Origin: a virus
Lineage: Duplodnaviria > Caudoviricetes
Length of the DNA stretch: 56,837 bases
Virus record (IMG/VR): IMGVR_UViG_3300042549_007930
Coordinates: 1 to 56,837 of that record
Reading direction: 5' to 3' (one strand)
Positions 46,701 through 56,125 of this stretch are shown here, in pieces (position 1 is the first letter of the stretch; every line of letters begins with the position of its first letter). Made by a program: the position numbers and the translations under genes. Below the pieces are notes generated by a model. That model ran no database searches. It was not told the origin of the DNA and saw nothing but the letters and a program-made list of their open reading frames with translations.

Positions 46701-49568
46701 GTATTAACTCCTTACATTAGTATTCAAAAACCAGGAAATATTCCTTATACAAATGATTTATCAATTGTAGATATATCTTTATCTCCTCAAGATTCTATTA
46801 ATGAAGATATAATATCTCAATTAGGAACTTTTAATATTGATGAGTATATAGGTGATCCTAGATTAGCATCTCTATCATCATATCCTAATTTAATTGAATT
46901 AAAAAACTTTTATTTCCAAAAATATTCTAGATCACAAAATATATTTGATTTAATAAAACTTTTATCTTATTTTGATAATTCATTATTTAAAATGATAAAG
47001 GATTTTGTTCCTGCTAAAGCTAACCTTTCAACTGGTTTAACTATTAAATCTCATATTTTAGAAAGAAATAAAAATGCTAGATTTGAACCTTCATTTACTT
47101 TTATAGATCATAGTGGTTCTATAGAAACAGCTTTCCTATCAGGTTCTAATGGATTAAATTTAGATTTAAATACAGATTATATTGAAAATATAACTAATGA
47201 CTTACTCCCACCTTTCCTTTTTAATCATAATGATAGAAGAGAATTATTTACAGGAGAATTAGGAGGATCTGAAGCTACAATTTATTATCCTCAAAGTAGA
47301 AGTATTGTTTATGAAAAAAATAAATTAGACATATCAGCGTCTGTAGCTATAGCTAACAGATATTCTGAATTACCTTTCTTACCTACATTAAATAATGTAT
47401 TAAATGCCAGAACAACTAATAATTATTTAGATGTAGATTATTCTTATAACCCAAATACTCCTGTTAATATAAACTTTTTAAGTGCTAGTTTAGCTTTAAG
47501 TTTAAGAACAACTGATTATCCATTTTTAGATGCTCCTGTTCAAGATAGTAATTATACTTTAAAAAGACATACTCAACCTAGGTATGAGGGAAGTACATTA
47601 TATGGTAAAAAATATAATATTTACTCTACTGACGATATATCATTTGGTAAAGATCCTGTTATTAATTTAAATTCAGTTAAATTTGCTTATTTTAATGAAA
47701 TATCTTCTCAGTCATCTACTCTTTCAGGAAGAAGTAATGCTAATATAAAATATTTAATTGATAGCGCTTCAAATATTATTGAGTTAACAGAAGCTAATAA
47801 TAATTTATTTGATGTTCAAGATATTTTTAATAAAACTAATGCTAATATAGCTTTAGATAATACAAAATTTCCTTCAAATCAAAAAGCATTAAATGGTTTA
47901 AAAGCTATTTATACAGGTGGATTTAGATATGAACCTATTCTTCAAAATTTTTCTAATCTACAATCAACTTGGGATAATCTAGAATTTACATTTACAGAAG
48001 ATATAGCAATTCCTAATCCAAATGCTGGTGCTCAAGTTACAGCAAGTATAAATCCAGGTTTTACTTTAGGTCTTCCTACTTTAACTACCTCTATAACATC
48101 TACAGCTCCTCAAGTAAGTAGTTTTTTAAGTACTACTATAAATTCAAGTATAAGTTTCCCAGTAGTAAGAACTACTCCTTCAGATGTAGAAGTTAGACAA
48201 AGAATAACAGGAAGTGTAACTGTAACAATGAAATTATCACCACCAAATGATGATCCTGTTATATTATATACAGGTTTAAATGGTACAGGTGATCGATTTG
48301 AGATTATGGCTCTTGGTAATCAAAGCGCATGGTCAACTTATACTACTAATGCTGGTGTAGTTAACTTAAATGATGCTATCCAAAGTATGAGAGTTCCTGC
48401 TGGTAAAAGAGCAGCAATATCTGATCCACGTGGTGGTTCAACAGGATGGGTTTATGGACCAGCACTTGTAAGTGGCCCAGGTTGTCCTTTATGTCATCAT
48501 CCAAGGGGATATGATGATTTTTCAGCTTTAGCATTAGATTGTAATGTAGTTTTCACAGCTTCTCCTGCTCAAAATACTTATCAAACCTCAACTAATTTAG
48601 TACGTTTAAACACAGGTTCAGGAACATATCCTTTAGATGATGTTGATGGAATAGTAATAACTGCTACTTACCCATTTGAAGGTTTAATAATATTACCTGC
48701 AGGAATACCAAATGGTAATATTGAATTAAGAAATTTAAATGGAGTTGTAGGTAATATTAGTCAAACATTTGAATTTAATAGACAAAATAATGCTAATTCA
48801 TTCCCTAGATTTACATCAGCTCCTACAGCAGTAATATCACCTTTTACTCTAGGTAGTACATACTATTTTACCCAAGCTCCTGCTCAAATTTATCTTACAG
48901 GTTCATTTGATTATGGTTTCTTATCAGGTTCAGGTGCTAATGCTAGTAGTTCTAATAATTGGTATTTTGAAAGAGGAAATAAAGCAGAATCTGGTAGTCA
49001 ATTTTTATTAATGACTGCTTCATATGACTTATCTAAATTATATTATAACCATTATGTTCCTGGAGGGCAATATTATGGAAATACTATTATTCAAGTTTTA
49101 CCTACTCAATCTTTAGAATTAGGCTATCAAAGTATAACAGAATATTTTAACCCTAAAAAAGGAGATTTAGTTAGATTTTATAATCATGAAAGTGGAAAAT
49201 TCCCATTCTCTTCAATATTTGAAAGAGAAATAACAAATATTATACCACCTACTCAAAATCCAGGTACAGGAACTAATGGTACCGGTTCATATGCAGGTAG
49301 ATTAGTATTTGAAGTATCAAGTGATATCACTACAACAAATATTCCAAGTCAAGCATGTAAAAATAATCCTCAAGGTCCTATTATAGGTCAAATTTTAGAT
49401 TTTATAATGTTAGCTAAAATCCCTGATGAAACTAATGTTGTTATAAGTCATGAAAAAAATGATGGACTTACTTCATCTGGAATTTTATATACTGAAGATA
49501 TAAATCCTCAATTAAAAGCAGAGGCAGGTAATATAATTAAAGTATTAAAATCACAAAATTTAATTTAA
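43794..49568 (+). CDS. Large baseplate wedge/tail protein (gp7 / P2 gpI-like core plus lectin-like domains)
   Basis: LPDYI, LLKTRGT..GLRALINCFGIP; LamG-like FSGSFQEFRYW; crystallin-like insert. Confidence 0.7.
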   Translation: MEITNISSLDRASYLNQDYKPQDETLLNTLEVNSDFGNPEDKIEVHIISPDGEVLESDYEFRNYKIANKTEDTSLFNQIILDPKADLERFNYSTGQYDVNYNFYRQLFLSNPTNNYFISEISSDRTEIKVTNNNISYTDLGQSYLNYIATRNSRNFYSDFILNFGDNKTYIGVNVAFDNVNENIPSLYIKLYEPLPADITVKSTLWLVEAISEPYSFRVNTDFIAEDTNTTIPLKGPNINIDLNDRINLTTPYLNLSNLLTNSSTSSYQQLQSWLDEKSIEITVDYTDFSNFVHFSSAVERLDNFKYKLSQIQSLQADINTLSSLNPLTGPTYINSNKAILQAKLDTLIQKLDGYEYYLYFETGSKAWPKINGVKPYINAGVTDPQAKTWFGSADENSNYYGGEILSASSFDTSNRDYIWNNLPDYIKADPQNANLELFTSMLGQHYDYIWTYIKDITDIQVADNRIDFGISKDLVADTLRSFGIKLYTNSRNQDDIYSSLLGINAEGSFLPSTGSYLIDTYVTASQYTIPDNDIVKETYKRIYHNMPYLLKTRGTRAGLRALINCFGIPETILKVREYGGLDKDSNDVTTFYEKFAYGFSTNGSSSLSIPWLPLNSQYLDTSYNDIVPDTLEFRFKTPSIPDVSHYSQSLFYVTSPTEGLQFGIQLLYPSGTNASYNTNGLNEAYSKYGELRFFLSGSNGYINTTPLYLPFFNGDWWNVKLNRETGSLRLIQTGSDNTYTLSAKNSIYNGYNGISVGFEGSTSLFISGSTSSSYNRAWSNYTTFDISQYGYDSPIALYDFDFTIYDDDSIEPPYFGYLGGDGIHNSPLAPNNIFSGSFQEFRYWIGNLENTSFNDHTLNPRSIVGNDPSASYSELSFRLPLGNELDNNLTQFLTSAHPTIAGNQITSSFLFESGSTSIVLSTAKINNLASASYDTTVYTSLINTPNIGAITEVDNKVRITEPNLIPGDVLTPYISIQKPGNIPYTNDLSIVDISLSPQDSINEDIISQLGTFNIDEYIGDPRLASLSSYPNLIELKNFYFQKYSRSQNIFDLIKLLSYFDNSLFKMIKDFVPAKANLSTGLTIKSHILERNKNARFEPSFTFIDHSGSIETAFLSGSNGLNLDLNTDYIENITNDLLPPFLFNHNDRRELFTGELGGSEATIYYPQSRSIVYEKNKLDISASVAIANRYSELPFLPTLNNVLNARTTNNYLDVDYSYNPNTPVNINFLSASLALSLRTTDYPFLDAPVQDSNYTLKRHTQPRYEGSTLYGKKYNIYSTDDISFGKDPVINLNSVKFAYFNEISSQSSTLSGRSNANIKYLIDSASNIIELTEANNNLFDVQDIFNKTNANIALDNTKFPSNQKALNGLKAIYTGGFRYEPILQNFSNLQSTWDNLEFTFTEDIAIPNPNAGAQVTASINPGFTLGLPTLTTSITSTAPQVSSFLSTTINSSISFPVVRTTPSDVEVRQRITGSVTVTMKLSPPNDDPVILYTGLNGTGDRFEIMALGNQSAWSTYTTNAGVVNLNDAIQSMRVPAGKRAAISDPRGGSTGWVYGPALVSGPGCPLCHHPRGYDDFSALALDCNVVFTASPAQNTYQTSTNLVRLNTGSGTYPLDDVDGIVITATYPFEGLIILPAGIPNGNIELRNLNGVVGNISQTFEFNRQNNANSFPRFTSAPTAVISPFTLGSTYYFTQAPAQIYLTGSFDYGFLSGSGANASSSNNWYFERGNKAESGSQFLLMTASYDLSKLYYNHYVPGGQYYGNTIIQVLPTQSLELGYQSITEYFNPKKGDLVRFYNHESGKFPFSSIFEREITNIIPPTQNPGTGTNGTGSYAGRLVFEVSSDITTTNIPSQACKNNPQGPIIGQILDFIMLAKIPDETNVVISHEKNDGLTSSGILYTEDINPQLKAEAGNIIKVLKSQNLI

Positions 49569-49616
49569 AGAAATAAAAAATACATATATTTATAATTAGT
49601 AATTACAAAACATACA

Positions 49617-50276
49617 ATGGGATACTTAAATAATACCACAGTAACTATAGACGCTATTCTTACTAAAAAAGGACGTGAATTATTAGCTAAAAATGATGGT
49701 TCTTTTAGAATCACTCAATTTTCATTATCTGATGATGAAATAGATTATACTTTATATAATCCTTATCACCCATCAGGATCTGCTTTTTATGGTGAAGCTA
49801 TTGAAGCTATGCCTATATTAGAAGCATTCCCTGATGAAACTCAAATAATGAAGTATAAACTTTTAACATTACCAAGAGGTACTGCTAAATTACCTGTACT
49901 AGATGTAGGTTATGCTACTATAACATTACGTCAAGGTGCTTCACTTGCAATTACTCCTCAAACATTAAACTACTTAGGAGCAACTACAGCATTTGAATCT
50001 TCAGGATACACAGCTACTATTGGTGATTCAAGATTAATGTCTACATTTAATGGTGTAGGTATTAATACTACAGAAGCAGCTTCTTTAAATTCAACAACTA
50101 CTATTGGAACTAATGTTTCAAGAACTGTAATTGGAGCTACTATAAACTTAACAGCAACTACTGTTAATACTTTATTTGGTTCAAGAAATTCATTAACAAC
50201 TACCTTAATTATAACAGGTAGAGATTCAGGAGCAAGATTAACAATACCAGTAACTATAACTAAAGTAACTAGTTAA
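49617..50276 (+). CDS. Conserved virion (baseplate/tail) protein
   Basis: DAILTKKGRELLA, ITQFSLSDDEIDY. Confidence 0.7.
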   Translation: MGYLNNTTVTIDAILTKKGRELLAKNDGSFRITQFSLSDDEIDYTLYNPYHPSGSAFYGEAIEAMPILEAFPDETQIMKYKLLTLPRGTAKLPVLDVGYATITLRQGASLAITPQTLNYLGATTAFESSGYTATIGDSRLMSTFNGVGINTTEAASLNSTTTIGTNVSRTVIGATINLTATTVNTLFGSRNSLTTTLIITGRDSGARLTIPVTITKVTS

Positions 50277-50288
50277 TAAAATAAAAAC

Positions 50289-51329
50289 ATGAGCTATATA
50301 CCTTTTAACGCTGAAGACTTTGTAGTAAGTGCAGATTCAATCACTTCAACTCTATGGAGCAATAATGCGTCTACATTAACATCATTTTTTACATCATCAG
50401 CAGGAATTACTAATAATGCCTATTTACCTGTATATGCTGTAAATCCAATTTCAAATGCAACAGCTTTACCTCAATTTTCTTTAGCTTATGGGCAATTTGA
50501 AGGTTCGGGTTCAGCTCCTATCAATGCTTCAGTTATTGGTTCTACTCCTACAAGAATTACTTATGGTCAATTTAGAACATTAGTTAATGGAGATGAGAAT
50601 ACTAATTTCAATTTTGGAACTGGTAACACTAATTCACCTGATCTTTATGTTATAAACATTAATAGAGCTAACTATAAAGAAAAATTATTCTTAGGAACAT
50701 TTAATTTATGGTTATCAGGTTCAGATGGTGTAAATTCATCTTTAATTAAATTAACTGATAATAGTATATCAACAACAACTGTAAATTACTGTGATGCTGG
50801 TAGAGTATTTGATATTGTAAGTGGTTCTAATGGAATTACTACAACTTCAAATTTCACAGGTTCGGCAGCTGGGTATACTGCATCAGGTTCATACGGTAAG
50901 TATTTACCAGATGTAGGTTTAATTTTATTAAATCCTAGAGCTTTAGCTTTATCTGCTAGTCAAGGAGGTATAGGTTTAACACCAGATTTAGGTTTAAATG
51001 CAAATGCCTTAAACAATACTAATAGACGATTACATAGAGCTATGAGTTTAGGAGCTAATTTTCAACTAAATAGTGAAGAAACAATAACATCAGATTATAT
51101 ATTTGTTAGAGTTAAAAATGGTGATTTTAATTACACTACTAACCCATCTATGATAAGTGGTAGTGGAGAATTTTATTATCCATCATTAGTTAACAATCCT
51201 CAAACATTTATTACAACAGTAGGAATGTATAATGATAATAATGAATTATTAGCTGTTGCTAAACTATCAAAACCTCTTGTAAAGGATTTTACAAAAGAAG
51301 CTCTTATTAGAGTAAAATTAGACTTTTAA
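50289..51329 (+). CDS. Virion (baseplate/tail) protein
   Basis: C-terminal FNYTTNPS..ITTVGMYND.NELLAVAKLSKP. Confidence 0.7.
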   Translation: MSYIPFNAEDFVVSADSITSTLWSNNASTLTSFFTSSAGITNNAYLPVYAVNPISNATALPQFSLAYGQFEGSGSAPINASVIGSTPTRITYGQFRTLVNGDENTNFNFGTGNTNSPDLYVININRANYKEKLFLGTFNLWLSGSDGVNSSLIKLTDNSISTTTVNYCDAGRVFDIVSGSNGITTTSNFTGSAAGYTASGSYGKYLPDVGLILLNPRALALSASQGGIGLTPDLGLNANALNNTNRRLHRAMSLGANFQLNSEETITSDYIFVRVKNGDFNYTTNPSMISGSGEFYYPSLVNNPQTFITTVGMYNDNNELLAVAKLSKPLVKDFTKEALIRVKLDF

Positions 51330-51332
51330 TGA

Positions 51333-53765
51333 ATGAGTTTTTCTTACAAAACATTAAGTTCAAATGATATAACATTGACCTCCTATATAGCTAACAAGCA
51401 ATGGGAGGTTACAAATACTACTTTGTCTCAAAATGGTGTTACGATTTATATAGGTGAAAATTTACCTATATCTAGAACCTACCTTTTTGATCCTATCAAT
51501 GACCTTCAAACCTCTAATGACGAATATAGAAGACTAGTATTTGATTCTATAAAACATTTATTTTTTGAAAATTATACATCAGGTTCATTAACTGGTGAAT
51601 TTTTTCATTCATCTTCTTATTTTAACTATGAACAAAATACTTTAGCCTCAGGTTCAGGTGTGTCTACTTTTAGAAGAATTCCAACTACTACTGGTAGTAA
51701 TACCCCTGTATTATATGATTCTGATGATCTTTATAATGATAATGCTGTATTTGATGCTGATAGAGGAGGAAAAGTAGTAATAGTATCTATAGACCAAAAT
51801 GTATTTGGATCAGGACTAAACCCAAACTCAGTTTATATCTCAGGTTCGGGGTATTATTTAAGAGATGATGGTGAAGGAAATTTATATAACTGGAGAAATG
51901 AAGGAAATTACGCTAAATATTCATCAGCTATATATGATAAAGATGTTTATTTAGAATTAGTAGGTAATGGTTTACAATTAGAGTATGTAGGAAATGTATT
52001 TTACTCTCATGGTTTAATTGTAATTACTGATGAAGATTATTTATGTGTATTTGGAGCTCCTCCAAGTGCAGTGAATGACTACTTTTCATATTTTAATATG
52101 GATTCACCAGGAGCTTTAGATATCTTAGGTAATGATATTTGTGATTGTGGTACAATAAACATTTCATCTTTTGCTACTTCATCTGTGTCAGGTTCTACAT
52201 TTCCTAATTTTACTTATAATAATGGATTAATTAATATAATCCAAGACCAAGCTAGTGTGATACCTGGAAATTATAGTATAGGTTATACTATAGTTAATTC
52301 ATCAGGATTAATAAGTAATACAGGTTCAATAAATTTATCTATAACATCTCAACCTTTAGTGATAGAAAATATTATTTCTTCATCAGTTTGTTTTGGTACA
52401 GCATCTTTATTACCTGTTACTTTCTCAATAAATTATGGTGTACCTTATTATAGTTACTCATTAGATAATGGAAACACTTATATTGGTGCTAGTCCTTTAT
52501 TTAACGTGACTGTTAGTGGAAGTATATCATCTTCACTTAATAATACTATTTATGTAAAAGATTATTTTGGAGAAATAGCTACAGCTTCATTTTCAACAAT
52601 GTTCCCAGCTATAACTTCAAGTACTGTTATTACAAAATTACCTTGTTCAAATATTGCAACTGATGGTATTATATCAGTATCAAATAGTACAGCTACATCT
52701 GCTTCTATAGATGGAGGACCATATTCTATATTACCAACTCAATTCACAGGCCTTAGTACAGGTTCACATACTATTATTTATAAAAATAATTTTGGGTGTA
52801 CAACTAGTTCAATTTATAATTTAGATATTTATCCACCTTTAACTGCTAGTGTGACTATGAGTCATGTTAATTGTTATGGTTCATCAACTGGACAAATAAA
52901 TATAAATTTAAGTAATATTATTGACAGATTACGTTTAAATTTTATTGATCCAACAGGTAGTTATGTTATTAATAATGTTCCTATAACTTCAAGTGCTTTA
53001 ACTTTTTCAAATTTAGCAACAGGAAGTTGGACAGCCTCTATATTTACTACGGATTTATATGGTTGTCAAAATTATTATAATTCATTTAATATAACAAGTT
53101 CAGCCCCAATTACTTTCACAACTACAGCTTCTTATATAAATTCATGTTCAAATCAAATTATATTTAATGCTACTGGTGGTTTAGGAAATTATACTTATTT
53201 TGCTCAAGAAACTGACACAGGTACATCTTATTCATCAACAGGTTCAGTACTTTCAACATTTAATTTAAAGGGAGGTATATTCACTGTATATGTTCAAGAT
53301 ACAGGATCATGCATATCAGGTTTTAAAACTCAAGAAGTTTATGGTAGAAAATATATTTATAGTGGTTCATATTGTGATACTTCAGCTATTCCAACAACAA
53401 CTACAACTACTACAACTACAACAACAACAACAACCACTTTAACTCCATTTGAAGGATACACTTATGTTATAAGTTCAACTGGATATTTTAATGCTGAAGA
53501 TGCTTGTCTTTTACCTGAAGAATTCCTAAATGTGTACAGAAATATACCATTAATAGCAATAGGACAAACAGTATTTAATGATGAAATATGCGCTACACCT
53601 ATAGATGGAGATAATCTTTGGTGGTATATTACTGCTGATGTTGGTGGTAGTAACCAATCAGTTAATATAAATAATCTTGGAGTAATTACAGCAATTAATA
53701 ACTGTACTACACCAAAACCTAATGTTGGTAATTTATCTTTATCATCAGCTTCAGCGTCACCTTAA
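51333..53765 (+). CDS. Tail-fibre/adhesin-like virion protein with SprB-like repeats and poly-Thr linker
   Basis: DDGEGNL, VGNVFYSHG; HVNCYGSSTGQI and V.D..GC/SC repeats; T15 tract. Confidence 0.65.
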   Translation: MSFSYKTLSSNDITLTSYIANKQWEVTNTTLSQNGVTIYIGENLPISRTYLFDPINDLQTSNDEYRRLVFDSIKHLFFENYTSGSLTGEFFHSSSYFNYEQNTLASGSGVSTFRRIPTTTGSNTPVLYDSDDLYNDNAVFDADRGGKVVIVSIDQNVFGSGLNPNSVYISGSGYYLRDDGEGNLYNWRNEGNYAKYSSAIYDKDVYLELVGNGLQLEYVGNVFYSHGLIVITDEDYLCVFGAPPSAVNDYFSYFNMDSPGALDILGNDICDCGTINISSFATSSVSGSTFPNFTYNNGLINIIQDQASVIPGNYSIGYTIVNSSGLISNTGSINLSITSQPLVIENIISSSVCFGTASLLPVTFSINYGVPYYSYSLDNGNTYIGASPLFNVTVSGSISSSLNNTIYVKDYFGEIATASFSTMFPAITSSTVITKLPCSNIATDGIISVSNSTATSASIDGGPYSILPTQFTGLSTGSHTIIYKNNFGCTTSSIYNLDIYPPLTASVTMSHVNCYGSSTGQININLSNIIDRLRLNFIDPTGSYVINNVPITSSALTFSNLATGSWTASIFTTDLYGCQNYYNSFNITSSAPITFTTTASYINSCSNQIIFNATGGLGNYTYFAQETDTGTSYSSTGSVLSTFNLKGGIFTVYVQDTGSCISGFKTQEVYGRKYIYSGSYCDTSAIPTTTTTTTTTTTTTTTLTPFEGYTYVISSTGYFNAEDACLLPEEFLNVYRNIPLIAIGQTVFNDEICATPIDGDNLWWYITADVGGSNQSVNINNLGVITAINNCTTPKPNVGNLSLSSASASP
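53394..53438 (+). repeat. (ACN)15 poly-threonine codon tract
   Basis: 15 consecutive ACA/ACT/ACC codons. Confidence 0.95.
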
Positions 53766-53778
53766 TAAATAAAATAAA

Positions 53779-55155
53779 ATGCCAAATAACGGATACATAT
53801 CAAGTTCAGGAGTAGATCAAGTTTTCACAACAGGTCCTTATATAGGAGCTATTGTGACATCTAGTTATTCTAGTGGTAGTACCTTATTGGGACCTGCTAT
53901 TACTTTATATCAACCTTTTATATCAGAATCAAGAGATGTTATAGTTCCTTGTACTGACCCTAGTGGTAATTATCCTATCTTTAGAAGATGGTATTATGAC
54001 CCAATAAGTTGTTCTATTGATGGTTGTTTACCTCCTACCATTATAAGTGCTGCTGTTAGAAATTGTAGTAGACTAGATGATTATAGATACTGGTTATTTT
54101 TCAATTCAGGATCAACTAATGCTATTTTATCAACTATAGAATATAGTACTGTATCTGATTTCTCATTTAACACAGGTTCAGTAATAATTACAAATTCATT
54201 ATCTACTTATACTTCATCTATTGATATAAGTAATTTACCTTTATTACCACTTAAAGCTACTCCGGTATATTTTAGAGTATTTGATAGTTGTAGTTTAGGA
54301 TTATCAGCTTATAGTAATTTAGTATCAGCTTCATGTCAAACAACTCCACCACCAACAAATTCACCTTTCACTGTAAGGTTAAGAAATAGTATGATAGGTT
54401 CAAATAATACTGTATATTATACTCATGAAGGAGTTGAATATTCTTTATTTGGAGGAGCTACTGTTAATTTAGTTATGCAGACATTAAGTACCTTAAATAT
54501 CCCTTTTAGAACTTTAAAACCTGAAGGGGATGTAAGAACAATAATATGCTCAGGTTCATCTCCTATTTTTAATGGTTCTGTAACTACTCAATTAAATGAT
54601 AGTACTCCTACTTTTATTGGTACTACTGTTTATCAATCAGTTAACACTTACACTTCTAATGTATATTATAATTCTGAGGGAACACCAGATGCTTCTGTAA
54701 CTATTGATAGATCTTTATGGAGTGGAACAGGATTACTAGAAATAAACTTTACAGATTTTGTACCGGCTGACGGGGCTAACCCTTGGAACACTAATTTTAA
54801 TATTGGACCAGTAAAAATTCTTTGTAATTTATTTTACAATCAAGGTTATCTACCTAAAGCAATTTGGGAAGCAGATGAAAAATTTGGTAGATTAATGTTA
54901 AGAACAAATAAAGAAGGATTATTTGGTTATTTAACTTGGGCTAAACCTATTGTTAATTTCTTAACTAAACATCCTCAATACTCTAAATATTTCTATTCAT
55001 TTGTTTTAAAACCATGGTCTGAACATATGGCTTATAGAATGGGAGTATTACCTAAAGATAATAAACTTGGAAAAATAATACATTATGTTGGTAATAAATT
55101 TTCAGTATTAGTTTATAAGTTAATAACATCTAAGAGAAAAAGAAGAAAAAAATAA
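53779..55155 (+). CDS. Virion protein with a distinct basic C-terminal module
   Basis: Ser/Thr-rich beta region, then KILC..FY..G...W.AD..FG...GY..WAKP.V and KRKRRKK. Confidence 0.65.
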   Translation: MPNNGYISSSGVDQVFTTGPYIGAIVTSSYSSGSTLLGPAITLYQPFISESRDVIVPCTDPSGNYPIFRRWYYDPISCSIDGCLPPTIISAAVRNCSRLDDYRYWLFFNSGSTNAILSTIEYSTVSDFSFNTGSVIITNSLSTYTSSIDISNLPLLPLKATPVYFRVFDSCSLGLSAYSNLVSASCQTTPPPTNSPFTVRLRNSMIGSNNTVYYTHEGVEYSLFGGATVNLVMQTLSTLNIPFRTLKPEGDVRTIICSGSSPIFNGSVTTQLNDSTPTFIGTTVYQSVNTYTSNVYYNSEGTPDASVTIDRSLWSGTGLLEINFTDFVPADGANPWNTNFNIGPVKILCNLFYNQGYLPKAIWEADEKFGRLMLRTNKEGLFGYLTWAKPIVNFLTKHPQYSKYFYSFVLKPWSEHMAYRMGVLPKDNKLGKIIHYVGNKFSVLVYKLITSKRKRRKK

Positions 55156-55160
55156 AATAA

Positions 55161-55805
55161 ATGTCAGTTTTCGCTAAACCCTATAATTCCTCAAAGTATT
55201 TTTCTTACCAACGAGGTAAAATTATTACTGAAAAATATTGGGAAAGACCTACTTATTCTAAATTAAAAGAATTTTTATTAGAAATAAAAAATGATTCTGA
55301 AATAATGAAGGATTATGATTTATATCTTGTAGGAGATGTATTATGGAATTTTAATAATACTGAAGATATTGATATTATTATAATTGGTAATCCTACTTCT
55401 TATATAGTTTTAGAAGATTATATGCATTATATGTATGATATAGCTTTTAATAAATACAATATATTAATAGATATAAGTTGGGTAAATACTAAACCTGAAG
55501 ATATTATTTATACATCTGATTTAAATTTTTCTTATGATAATGATTTTCTAAGAATAGGATATGTAAGAAAACAAATAGGAGAGGAATACGAAGAATTAGA
55601 TTTAAGAACTAATCCTTCATTCTCAACTCAAGGTGATTATTTAATTAAAGGTAATTTTAAAAATATAAATTTTAAAGAATCTTTCATTAATAAAATAAAA
55701 ACTACTTCAAATTCTATTATAAAAACAACATTCCCTGTTAAAGAATTTTTAGAAAACGATGAAGAATATTTTTTAAAAAACATTAATAAGCTTCAATATT
55801 TATAA
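55161..55805 (+). CDS. Pol-beta-superfamily nucleotidyltransferase-like protein
   Basis: LYLVGD......T.DIDIII and a later IDI. Confidence 0.6.
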   Translation: MSVFAKPYNSSKYFSYQRGKIITEKYWERPTYSKLKEFLLEIKNDSEIMKDYDLYLVGDVLWNFNNTEDIDIIIIGNPTSYIVLEDYMHYMYDIAFNKYNILIDISWVNTKPEDIIYTSDLNFSYDNDFLRIGYVRKQIGEEYEELDLRTNPSFSTQGDYLIKGNFKNINFKESFINKIKTTSNSIIKTTFPVKEFLENDEEYFLKNINKLQYL

Positions 55806-55809
55806 TAAG

Positions 55810-56115
55810 ATGGCTGCAATAACACAAGACATAAACGCTGTATTAGGATTCAAAAATGAGTATATCATTTATGAAAACGAGGTACGTTGTAAGATAGGAG
55901 AAAATGAATTTAATATGTCTCATAATCCTACTTTAACTTCAGATACATCAGGTTCATTAAAATCCTTCGCTATAAGTTCAGATTTTGCTCCCTATGTTAC
56001 AACTGTAGGACTATATAATGGTTCAAATGAATTATTAGCTGTAGCTAAATTAGCTCAACCTTTACCCTTATCAGCCACTGCTGATACAACAATAGTAGTA
56101 AGGTACGATATTTAA
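55810..56115 (+). CDS. Virion protein, paralog of the C-terminal domain of 50289-51329
   Basis: EFNMSHNPT...YVTTVGLYN..NELLAVAKLAQP. Confidence 0.75.
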   Translation: MAAITQDINAVLGFKNEYIIYENEVRCKIGENEFNMSHNPTLTSDTSGSLKSFAISSDFAPYVTTVGLYNGSNELLAVAKLAQPLPLSATADTTIVVRYDI

Positions 56116-56125
56116 AATAAAAATT

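Noticed and set aside
51333-55805. Diversity-generating retroelement acting on tail fibres
   Set aside because: No reverse transcriptase and no template/variable repeat pair noticed by eye; a self-alignment would be needed to exclude it fully.
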